DNA from: Zygnema circumcarinatum SAG 698-1b
Lineage: Eukaryota > Plantae > Zygnematophyceae
Reading direction: 5' to 3'
DNA: 64,000 bases
Assembly: GCA_037447605.1 (NCBI GenBank)
Contig: CM074819.1
Coordinates: 248,001 to 312,000, forward strand
Under the pieces are notes generated by a model. It ran no database searches, was not told the DNA's origin, and saw only the letters and a program-made list of their open reading frames with translations. Numbering within the stretch: position 1 is the first letter of the stretch; each line of letters opens with the position of its first letter. The translations under genes and the position numbers were made by a program. This document shows, one piece after another, positions 48,935 through 60,618 of the stretch.

Positions 48935-49119
48935 ATACCCCGTTCTGGGGAACTACGCCTGAGTTTTCCAATCGTGCGCCGCCGCGTGGCGTTGAAGATC
49001 CGCTGATTGGCGTCCGTTGATTGGCTCGCGCGACCTCTGATGGAACCCGCAATTCTCCCTTCATGACTCATGATCCGATGTGGCGGTACAGGCAAACGCT
49101 GATGGACCCCCACCCCCTA
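48935..49119. mobile_element. Right-end copy of the TAGGG-TIR family seen at 39595
   Basis: Near-identical blocks CCTGAGTTTTCCAATCGTGCGCCGCCGCGTGGCGTTGAAGATCCG and GATTGGCTCGCGCGACCTCTGATGGAACCCGCAATTCTCCCTTCATGACTC; ends CGCTGATGGACCCCCACCCCCTA, the inverse of the 39595 terminus. Confidence 0.6.
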
Positions 49120-51404
49120 GTTGTGACCACCGACCAATGTCAAGTCGAATCTGCACTCGGTGTGGACGTGGCAGATTTCCATTGGAGGGTGCTCGCTGGC
49201 CTGACAGGTGACACCCGAACCACCCACTACCTGCCCCGCTCTGCCCGCCGGATGGATCTGCCCGTCCGAAAACTATTGATGAGGCTGCCCGCGCAAAGGT
49301 CCAAATTGCCCACCGCCCGCCCGTCCGTCTGACAGTGACAGTGCCAGTGCCAGTGCCCGGCGCCTCGCGGCGGGCACTGGCACGTGGCGCGGGCCCACGT
49401 GCGTGCGCGTCTCCCGCTGCGACCGCCCGCCTCGACTCCAGTCGGGCGGCGACCTCTGTTTCGCGCTCCGACCGGAGTGTCCCACCTGCCTGTCACCGCC
49501 CGCCCGCACGTGCGAGCCGGTTGCGAGTTGTCAACCCGCGGAACGCCGCTCCGCGCAGCTTGCGCCAACGAAAAACCGCCACGTGGCGTCAACGTGGCAC
49601 TTGCCAATCATCAAACAGCGAATGGTGAGGCTGCCCTCAAAATGTTTGGACTGCCCGAGTTCAGTTGCGCGGTCTGGTGTGCCACGTGGCGACATTTCGT
49701 TGGTCCGTGGGTTCCGTTTGAGACTGCCCCAGTTTCTATTCTCTACTGTTTCACGTGCCCGTCTCCACATGCCTACCGTACTGCACGTGCGAGCCTACGT
49801 CAGCGAAAGTTGCCGAGGGTGGAAAAAGGCGGACCGTTCTCGCGCGCACGCGCCGCCGGAGGGAGGACGGCGCCCGCCGTGCCATCCGTCCGTCCATCCA
49901 TCCGTCCGTCCGTCCGCGTCCGTCGGCGCTTTTTGCGAAACTGAGATCGACCTCTCCTCTCCGGCAGCCCGCGCCGTACGAAATTGAAAAAAGAAAAATT
50001 CGTTCCGTTTCTACACTTTTTTTGTTTTGGAAAAAGTGACGCGCGGGCGGGCGGGCCGGGGGAGGTCAGACCTGGACCGGCCTCTGCGGCGCTGCGGCCG
50101 CCACGTGGCGGCGCGTGGGGCGCGCGGTACGATGGCTGAGATTCTGGTTTACGGACGAGGTTGCTTGCGCTGACGTAGCATGGTTCGAGCAGGCCTGTGC
50201 GCCGCTCGTTCCAGTTTTTGAGCCGCGGAACACGCGGTTTGTGGTTTGCGGTTTGCAGTTTGCGGTTTGCAGTTTGCGGTTTGCAGTTTGCGGTTTGCGG
50301 TTTGCGGACCGCAGAACGGGAGGTGGCGCGCCGCGGGGGCAGCAGCGGCAGGGAGCCACGTACGCAGGTATCCTCACAAGCTCAAGAAGCCTGGAATGGG
50401 ATTATTTTGCATCAACTGAAACTGCGGGGACGGACGGTTGGCAGAGATCCAAATGTTTTCCTAATGCATTCAGATGTCAATCTGTTGTTGTTGTTGTGGT
50501 TGTGGTTGTAGCTGTGGTTGTGGTTGCGGTGCCTCCTTCCCTCCAAGACTTGCTTGACCTTCACACGGGTGGCCGCTAAAGCGCTTGAAATTGTTGTTAA
50601 GAAAAAGGGGAGTCCCCAGTCTGGGGGGTTTGAAATACATTGAAAATAATAATTTGAAGCAGAAGATTGTTCAATTTCTCGACCTGCTTGCCTCGATACG
50701 GCGACTCTCCTGCGGCGGATCGTGCCTTCACTCGTTCTGGTATCGAATTGGCGGAAGGCTCAAAGCACTCGGACCAACCGCCAGTAAAACTGCGAAATAC
50801 TGCCGTCATTTGAATATCAGAATGCGTACTCTTCTGAATAAAGCAATCCCCCTGCCCGAGAGTACTGCCTCTGCGTGCCAGTTCGCAGCAGAACTGGCGA
50901 ATAACTGCCCGTTCAACTGCGTTTCAACTGGCAACGCTAAACTGTCCAGATTTGACTTCAGATGTCGAGTACCACGCCCCGTACAGCGCGGTTTGTCTCG
51001 TAGCGCCGCACGTACGGCGCGGCCTCGCGGGATTCGGCCAGAACAGGTGCAGGCGGGAGAGGGAGGGAGGGAGGGAGGGAGAGAGGGAGAGAGGGAGAGA
51101 GGGAGAGAGAGAGAGGGCGAGAGAGAGGGAGGGAGGAGAGGGGTCGAGGGGCAGGAGCAGGGAGAGGGTGTCGCGCCGCATGTATGCGTGAGGCAGCCGG
51201 AGGCGGATTGTAGACTTCACGCTGCCATCGGCGTTTAGGATACTGCAGCCGTCGTTTGATCCGCGGGAGGTTGCGCGCTCTGAAGGCTTGGTGCGCAAGG
51301 CAGGGCCACGACTTCTTCCTTGTTTTTCCATTCGGATGCATTCCTTCCTGCACTTCTTGCTTTTTCTGGCGCGATCTTTTGTATGCCGGTTCCTGGAAAT
51401 GTAG

Positions 51405-54400
51405 ATCATTGCGAGGGGCGATCCAGGAGGTAAGGCGGGTTTTGGAATCCTCCTGTTTTTGAAGATCCTCTTGTCGATCAGCCTGTATTTGCTGCTGTAT
51501 GGATGTTGGTGAGCTGTTCTGGCGGTGCCTCTGTTGCAAGCATGAATGTCTTGATGGCGGCCTGGCAAGTTTATGAGGAACGGATTTCCCGTGCAGATCT
51601 TGAGCTGATACGTGTTTGGAAGAGCGCTTGTTGCTTATCTGTCACCCAGAGGAACAATGCTTCTGTTCAACGAGTGTCCCCTTTAGGCTCTCGTGCCCTC
51701 CTTCAGTATCTTCTCGCAAGAGATAGAATGATATAAGATCTCTCTCCGCCGCTTGACCCACTTCTACTGCTCAGCCTTTTCCTCTGTCATTTATTCCAAC
51801 CCTTGCTTTGCCTCCCTTTAATCTCCACCACTCTTGCTGCTTAGTTTTTTCTCTCTCTTGTTCTGTATGTGCCCCGGTTCCCCCCCCGTGCTCCCTTTTA
51901 GGCCAGGTCCTTTTGGTCGCATGTTCTACACTTCGGTCGCTTTTTTCCCTTTCCCTTTCTTCTTCTATTCATTAAATTCTCCCCCTTTTCTAGTTTGCGC
52001 CGGTCCTTTATTTCACTTTTCGTCACAGATTTTCCTAATCCTTGTTTTCCTGCATGATTCACCTTTAGTTCGAAATCTCTCGAGTCTTTACAGCTCTGTA
52101 GCCCTTCTGATTCTCTCGGAATCCATTGATTGTCCAATTCATTTTTGAAAAGTGATCCTGCACAGATTGCATGATACTGCCGATAATAGTACTCTTTGCT
52201 GCTGTTTTTCGGGCTCCTCGTTTGTTAAGAAATTTCTGATCTGGTGGTTCTATTCGAAAACAAACACGGTTACACGTCTTTCCCCTCTCGTATCCAAAGA
52301 AAATGTGGCTCAACTCAGCAGTAGCTCACAGTCTGTGTACTCTGTAGGTGTGCTTGATTGTCCATTATGTATGCATTGGACTGTATGGTTCGGTAGAGCA
52401 GCACTTTCTTGTTCTTGATCATTGACATTGGTTTTACTGTTTTGGTAAAGTTCGTCTGTTTCGTGTCATTGTATGAATTACGCCCTCAGCCATAACTCCT
52501 GTTATTAAAGCTCAAGAAAATAATTGTTTTGCATGGATGCAGGACAAAGCCTTATTCGTAAAGCACATTGATGTGGTAACCAATGACTCATTTGACTTTC
52601 CTCGTGGGAGGGACGCCAAGACGATGCATATGCACGTTTCTTACGATTGGAGTTCTAATGATGACATTCATGCCAAGAGTTCATGCTGGTAAGCTGCGTC
52701 ATAAAAAATCAAACTCATCTATACATGCATACATGGTTCAAAGCTCTGGAGGAGGCGTAGAGGTGATGGTGCTGGCATCTCGGATAGCTTGATTAGGATT
52801 TTACGGTTTTAGGGCTAGTTAGAATCTGCCTGAAATCGGCTTACCGGGCCCGTACTGTCAATTTTATCGTCGAATAATGCTGGCTATGTGCCAAAATTCA
52901 CTTGCAAGTTCTTACTGGCCAAAAGAAGTAGGGCTTGGGCTTTGTAGACTCGCACAGCTTCTTCAGATGCGCAAGACTCCGTGAAGTATTCACAGGAGGG
53001 TAGTTTTCCGATGTTTATGTCAGGTGGGGTTTGTGCTGAATAGGTAGTTGTTAAGCAAATGCTGTCCTGGAACTCCGACCAAATATGACTTGAAATACGA
53101 TGATTTAGACTCTCTCTTTCTCTCTCCCCCTCTCCGGCATCCTCCCGCCCCTGTTCTCCCTGGGAATGAAAGCCATCCTGACGAAGTTCGCATGCATGAG
53201 TAGCTGTAGATCTTCTACACGACTGACTCAAGCTTTATCCCAGCTGTCACTTAGTTAAACTGCTGGTGATGCGGTACTTTTTGTTGCCCGTAGACATAAG
53301 TTTACGTTGCACCCTTGTGCAGCTTCATGGTTGAGATTTTCATCTCGCAAGTATGTCGTAGGAAGGACATAATCAGAATTGAAAGTTATTTGAAAACCAT
53401 CCTCAACAAACCTGTTGCCTCATTCCGGAAAATTCAGCTGAGGGACGAATGCTGATCCTCCAAGGTTTCGTGAATAATGTTGTAGGGGCAACTATCTCGA
53501 AGACATATCTGTGTTCTTAATTGACGACCTTTTGTGTAAAACGCGCTGCAGGTTATTGCAACGTCATGCGAGATAAAAAGTTTACTGGGCGTGATTTGCC
53601 TCGAGGGCTTGTTCAAACAAAAGATACGGCAGCATGTTGTGTAGCATGCAGGCAGCGCAAGGAGTGTCGAGCATTTGTATTTGAAACCAAGGCCCGTTTA
53701 TGTACCCTCAAGTCTGTGCCAGATTTCAAAAAATTATTCGAAGAAAAGGGCTTCATGACAGGGGCAATTGGTGAGTTACATCCTGTTTTTAAACCATAAC
53801 TAGAATCTTCGTCAGTAATATATCCAATGTTTTCCTGAAAACGACTGTTTATGAAATACACACCTACGCACACAGATGTTGGCGGGTTTGGCTGTCGATG
53901 GAAGATTGTTCAATGCAACAAAAAAAAAAACATGCGAGTCTAGTCATATGTTTCCTGCAGAAGATGGTTCTCATTCAGGGCAAGTTGAATGGCTTGGAGG
54001 ATGACTGAACTTTCTCCTTCTCGTTCCCGTTTTCTACCTTGCTTCCCTTTCTGTTCTCCTTTTCCCAATCTCTGCTTCCACTTCTTTTTCCTTCTCGCCT
54101 TCTATTCTGCGACACGAAAGCCTCCCCTTTCCCATCGTGAGAAACCTGCCTCTCTCTGTGTCCTTGAACCCGTTTTTTGACTTCACCTGCCGCTCTGTTC
54201 CCTCGTCTGTTTCTCTGACTTCACTTGGACCCGCTTCCTGTGTTCTTCAGGGTATTGCAGGTTTCGCCGAGGCGCGGAGTATGCCGGCGATGTCCTCGGC
54301 ACTGTGAAGGCGACCAATCAGCACGACTGCTGCGCGCAGTGCAAGTCGCGGACCGGCTGCGTAGGGTTCACCTTCGTGCAGGGGTCTCGCTCGTGCACTC

Positions 54401-57400
54401 TCAAATCTACAGTTGGACCAGTGGTGATGAAGACATTCGGGAACAGATCTATATTTGGGGGAGTAGCAGGTGATACAAACGAGCCCCCCTCTTTTTGGCA
54501 TTAGTTTACTGGGCCAGCTTTTACTGTGTTTTGGGACAAAGGGTTGGTAGCAAATGGAAACTGTTTTTTCCTGACAAGGGTTCTCGCGCTTGAAGGGAAT
54601 TGTTGTTTTCTCCCCTCACTTGGGTTTTCTGGGAACTGTTCGCTTGCAATGGGAGTGTGTTCTCAGAGTATGAGCGAGATTTTGAACGAGCTCGGGAATG
54701 GAATGATACTACTGCCCGCCTCGATTATTGGTGGAGGAGACTTGAAAGAGATGGAGTGGCAACCGTCACACCCGAATTTCGGGAAACTTTGCAACTTCAA
54801 AAGTTTGTGCCATCTGGGCACACGCTGCACTTGTTTGTCCGCTACAGGTACTTCCACTACACAGGTCGTGGTCCAATTGCTAATCTTGTTTAACCCACCC
54901 CTTGCTGTGTTGTCAGTAATTTGGAAGTAAGAAAACCTGGTTGAGAACATGTGAGAATGCTGTGACTTTATTGACTTGTTTGAGTTCGGTTAACTCCACT
55001 TGATCCCGATGAAAGGTTTTTTTTCTGAGTCAGCGAAACTTTGCCGACCAATAATTTAATGATCTGGCGTTTATAATTAGCAATTTTTTGTCAGTACATT
55101 CCGCTACATTTTCCCGGACTTGCAGTCAGTTCCAGTTGACTCGAGTTCCTGAAGCTTTCTCGAAGGCAACAATAACCCTTATGCTTAGCCTGACACTAAG
55201 TGTGCCCTTCTTGCTTGCAGTGCTTATCGAGATTCATTGAATTCTTTCTATATTGTTGGGCTGGGAGCAAACAAGTTGATGGAAAAAATTGGAAAGCCGG
55301 TTACCAACTGTGCATGGTTACCGGGGAAGATAGACGACATCCTTACACTGGGCAACCTATAGTGAGTAAGCTGGTTTCCAGTTCTCTTCGTTTTAAGGTT
55401 GCCATCCACTGTTGGGAAAAGCATCTGTAAAGACTCCGCTACAGTCGATGTAAATCAGCTTTGCGATGAACGCCTTGAAATGCCTTAGTTCCTACCGCTT
55501 GTGCCCCCCGTGGTTTCTCGGAGAAGGCTTGCGCTTCAAAGTCATTTGCTATGGTGAACGATATGAACTGAAATCTAAAGAAGAACTATTTTCGTCTGTA
55601 CTAGGAGTTGTTCTGAGGGTGCAACTGCCAGTAATGACATCAAAGGCTAATCAGGCTCGATCCCATGACGTGTTCCTTTCGCAGTTCGTCCCCGCGCCTT
55701 GCGGTTACCTCGAAAGTGCTCATTCTGAAAGGCCACAGGAGAGACATCATGGAGACGGACTACCAGACTCTGGTAGTGAAGTGCACTTTTCTTGAGCCTG
55801 TTGGGGACATTCGCGGAGGCACCCTCTTCTTAAAGGTTCCCACTCACAAATGTGAGTTTTTGGAGACATCCTGTCACGATGACCTTTTCAAGTTAATGGT
55901 TGCTAACTGAGATTCAGGATGATAAGGGGTTAGTACGTAAAGGCTCAAGAAGAGTGTGAGGATTGGATAGGATGGTTTAAAAAATCTCAGTGCAAATCAA
56001 CTTGGGAAGTTTGGCGCGTTTTAAGCAACTGGAAAGATTGACTTTTGCCTTCATGATGAACTCCATTCAATAGGCTTTGAAAAACCCTGTTGATGGGTTG
56101 GTAGCTTGCCCCATTTGGCCCTGAGAAAATCGATGAACCTTCGCCCGACCCCAAACTATCCCTTTTTTTGTGCTGCTATTCGTCTTTGCAGTGGACGACG
56201 ATGCTGGAATCCCAGAAGAGGCGGAAATGGTCCCTGTGCTTCACGAGTCTTCGCTTGACGAGAATCTTTTCCGACCACCCGTTGTAGGCGAAGAGCCACA
56301 ATACCAATATCAACACATAATGTGTGGAGAACCGCTACGGAATGATGTGAATGCGTCCAATATTCGGGAGTGGGTCTTTTGGTACAAGGCGTTGTTCATG
56401 AACGACGTGCATTTTTTTATTTATTTGCCTGAAGAGATTACTGGTGAATTAGCCGATGTTCTTCAACATTTCGTCCATCGGAAGTTGATGACATTGATCG
56501 ACATCCGCGAGCAGGTTTCTTATGAAGGGTGGTACTACAACCAGGCGCTGTTTCTGAACGATTGCATTCATCGGTCGCGACACCGAGCAGAGTAAGTGAT
56601 TACTTCTGACTGCTTTCAGAGCAGTACATCGATTTGGGTTGCGTTTTCCCTTAGCACTCCTGCTATAACATGTGGATTCCTTTTCTTTTTTTCGATGAAT
56701 GAGTGGCTGGATGTTCTGTGAGACAGGTTTTTTCAACCCATTGCAAAAGTTGACTGTTTTTTTTTTATGCGTTGCAATTGCAGGTGGGCTTTCAATTTTG
56801 ACTACGACGAATTCGTGTATGTTTGGCAAAAAGGTGTCACAATCAAAGACGTGCTGCACAAGTACAAGGACAAACCCTACTTGTCGGTGGGATGCTGGGA
56901 CTACTCCGCAGGGCTGTGCATTCCGAAGGAGCGGGAGGGCCAATGGCAGATTGAACGCATGGTGTTCCGGAAGGAGAAGAAGAACTGCACGCGGGCACGC
57001 TGTTCCATGCACTCCGATCGCAGGAAATGGGCGGCGAATCTCAAGATGACCCTTGTGGTGAACATCCACTTTGTGTATGTGTTTGAGTCCCCTGTGGCCG
57101 GTCTTGTTCTGGACGACCATTTGGCATACATCAGGTGGTATTCGCCGATCAACTCAACAATAGGAGGCGTAGTTTTAGACGAGAACGTGCTATTTATGGC
57201 GCACTACCGAGGGCTGTGGAGAAACCAATGCAACGTTGTTGTCCGCCCAAGTTTCACCGCAAAATACGACCGATATGATCAGGATCTGGGCCTTGTGAGC
57301 CGGAAGTGGGACGGCGTGGAGAAGTACAAGATGGACCTGTCCGTGGCCCGGGTGGCGGGGCAGCTAGTGCAAGAGAACCACTGGGAGCACGTAGGCACCG

Positions 57401-57408
57401 AAGCGTAG
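51405..57408 (+). CDS. GT92 / GALS-like beta-1,4-galactan synthase homologue with two N-terminal PAN/Apple modules; 5' exons uncertain
   Basis: Phase-consistent exons 53552-53770 (PAN1), 54251-54469 (PAN2), 54667-54847, 55221-55361 (SAYRDSLNSFYIVGL..CAW), 55685-55851, 56192-56591 (MCGEPL..IREWVFWY, YEGWYYNQALFLNDCIHR) and 56784-57408 (WAFNFDYDEF..RRKW..VNIH). A candidate TM exon lies at 51405-51508 (GILLFLKILLSISLYLLLYG). Confidence 0.85.
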
Positions 57409-58504
57409 GGTTGTGTGGGCGAGCGGTAGAAGGGAGGGGGGAGGGAAGGTTCAGGATGTACTTTTGACTTGGCCCGAGCATTCAACGCACGCTCTGACGG
57501 GAGCAGTGCGGCGCGCTCCTGCTTCGGGAAGCTGTGCGGCTAAACGGGGGTGGCAGCACTGTGGGAGTGTGCGCAGGACAGGACAGGACAGGACAGGGTG
57601 GGGGCCTGACAGGGCCTGTCAGCAGAAAGTCGCGACTACGGAATGAGGAGGATGGCGCGGGTTGCATGCATGCATGCACGTGCGAGCATAATGGCGTAGA
57701 AACGTAGAGCTAGGATGTGTACGGAACGAGGCTAGACTAGGCTATTATCTCCATTGACAGAGACTGCAGGCTCACCTCTAGAAGCTGCTTGAAGTCACGT
57801 CGAGCTGCGGCCCCGCAGGAATAGGAGAGTGTCTCTGGTCGACTCCATTTGCAAGCGATTTTTTTTTTGTGGTTTTCGTCTTTTTGCCTGCGGCGTGTTG
57901 CTGGTCAACCTTGCGTTTTGCTGTTTCTGTCGTGGCGCGCACAAGGCGGCACTGAATTGCGAATGCGGCAGGCAGGCAGGCAGGGTGCCAGCCATGATGA
58001 TGATGATCAGCTCTTTGGGGCTCTCGCTGACCTCTTCTGTTTGGTCCGCGCTGAAGTTGCGCTTGTTCGCGCTGCCCGCGGCCGACTTCGCGTCCGTCCT
58101 ATGGAGCGAGGGAGCGGGTCGCGCAGGTCACGCTGGCTTCGACTTTGTTTCTCAGAGCGAGCAGTGCGAAACGGAGCGGGGACGCGAGCGAGCGAGCAGG
58201 CCGCCTCACCACCTCAACAGCCGCGGGGCTCTCCCTCCCTCCCTCCCTCCGCGCGATTTGATGTGATGTGCCGCACATCGATCTGCGACCTTCGCGGGTG
58301 CTTGGAGGGAGGGAGGGAGGGAGGGAGGGAGGGAGGGAGGGCTTGAAGCGGTGTTGAGCCGAGGCGTAGCGTTCCGCTCCGAGCTTTGTTCTTTTGTGCT
58401 TAGGTCCTTCGCGGGCAGTTGTCCCTCGTGGTTCCCCGTGCTGACTTTGTGATGGCCTCTCGCGATGACGTGAGATCAGCGGCCGATCCATCCGCCGCGG
58501 GCCG

Positions 58505-58650
58505 TCGGTGGATCCCTCATGAAAAGGCGCTTCTTGGATCCACTTCCGGCCGTACAATTCCACTTCTTCCTGGCCGGCGGTGGATCCCACATGACGAGGC
58601 GCTGGGCGGACCCACCGCCGGCCGTACAAGTCCACCTCCTTCGGGCCCCC
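58505..58650. repeat. Two diverged ~72-bp tandem units, possibly coding on the minus strand
   Basis: GGTGGATCCC(T/A)CATGA..GGCGCT..GGCCGTACAA(T/G)TCCAC; the minus frame gives VDLYGRRW..HVGST / VELYGRKW..HEGST. Confidence 0.4.
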
Positions 58651-60618
58651 CGCTCGCCAAGAACTACAGTACAGTAACGTCTAACGGCCGTCGGTCGTAC
58701 GGGTGCTCGTACGGCTGTTCGTACAGTACATCTGCGTGGAAAACGTCGGGCGCGCGCAGACGTACGGACAACGACGAGGCCAAGGGCCGCTCGCACGCAC
58801 GCACGGGACAGGACCGACCGGGCGGGCGGCCGGGCGGGTGGGCGGGCCTGCCTCTGAGCCTGAGTCTGAGCGTGAGCCTGAGCGCGTGCAAGTGGTTGTG
58901 GTGGTGGTGGTGGTGGTGGTGGTGGTGGCGGTGGAGGAGGAGGAGGTTCATGGCCGGGTGGATGATGGACAGGGGCTGCTGTTGCGGCAGGAGGAAGCTC
59001 AGGCTCTCGCGCCCTCTTGCGCTGTGAACAATGCGGGCGAGCCGAGCGAGCGATGGCGGAGAGAGCAGCGGCGGAGCAAATGCGGCAATGGCAGCGGGCG
59101 GAGAGACGCCAGCTGACTCGTTATTAGGGCTCTCGAGGCTCCTCCGGTGAGGGAGGTGGAGGAGGGAAGGCTGGAGGGGAAGGAAGGAGGAAGGGAGGGG
59201 CAGATGGCGATGATCGACGCGGAGAGGGACGAGGAAGATGTGGGAGACGAGGAAGCATCGCTGCACGGCGCCGAGAGTCGCAGCACGGAACCAGAGGTAG
59301 GCGTTGATGCTGTGGAGGGAGGCAGAGTGAGAGAGGAAGAAGGGGTAGGAGGGAAAGGAGGGCGAGGAGAGGGGGTGAAATTGTAAAGGGAGACAGGAGG
59401 GCGAGAACAAAATGAGAGGGTAAAAAAGGTAGAGAGAAGGGAAGGAGAGGGACGGAAGGGAGGGGAAGGAAAGCAGAGAGAATGGAAAAAAAAAGTAAAA
59501 GCGAAGTGGATGAGAGGAGCGAGAACGACGAGGGAGTGGCTGAGAAGGGGAGGAAGTGCAGATAGTTGGGGGAGAGTTGCGTTGGCAGGAGTACATTGAA
59601 AGGGAAATGAGACGAAGAGAGACTCTGGGAGGGTGTTAATTCGATTAATGAAAAGGAAGCATTCTAGTGGGGGTTGGGCGAGGGATGAAAGGTGCTGGAA
59701 CGAAGTGTGGGACGAGAATTAAATGGAGGTGGGGCCGGCCGCGGGAAGGAAAAGTGATGGAAAAGGAGATGGAGAAGCAGAAGCATGGGGACGAGGAGAG
59801 GTGGTTGGTTGGTTGGAAGAGAAATATACAGCCGGGAGCGAGCGAGCAACAGAAATAAGGAGCGGAAAGGTTGCAGGACGATGGAGAGAGGAGGAAGAGG
59901 GGGAGGAGGCAGGCAGGAAGCACGGAAACAGGGTACGAGAGGAAGAGGAAGTGATTGGCTTGATTGGGAGGTCGGCGGGAGGAGAGGAGCAGAGAGGAGG
60001 GCGAAATTGGATGGAATATTGGGGATGGAGATGACGAGAGGTGGAGGACGAAAGGACAGTTTTGGAAGGCACGAAGAGAGGTTAAGATGAAAGAAAAACA
60101 GAAAAAGTAAAGAGTTTTGAGGATGCAAGGGAGACAAAATGGGAGGATAAGGACGAGAAAAGGATGCAAGAATGAGGGAGAGGAAAGGAGGGAGAAGAAC
60201 GAAGGAAGAGAGCGGAAGTGGAGGGAGGGAGCAATTTACAGAGGGGAGTGGACGAAGGCAAGGAATGGAGGGGATGGCTGTGATTTTTCGATGCAAGAGA
60301 GGGGTTACTGTGTGTAGCCCGCCGGCATTTTGGTTGTTACCCTTTAGTTGACTTAACCAGCACAAATCTGTGCTTTTTTGTTTCGACATGTAGGTAGTAC
60401 AAATAGAGAGGGCATTGGCAAAGTCAGGTTTCAATGGCAGGAGACCTGGTTTTTCACCTACTCATACTTCTTTTATTGATGATGTATCACTTTAGCGTGC
60501 GAAAGCAGCACAACCTTGCTAGAGACGAAGCTTCTTATAAGCTGTTTGAAGGTGCTCTTTTGATATTGGTAGCATTGTACTAACAGTCCGTCTCTAATTT
60601 TTGTCCCACATGATCAGG

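Noticed and set aside
58664-60434. Long Pro/Ser/Leu-rich minus-strand ORFs (310 and 256 aa)
   Set aside because: Antisense reading of a purine-rich EXO70 5' intron; composition-driven lack of stops.
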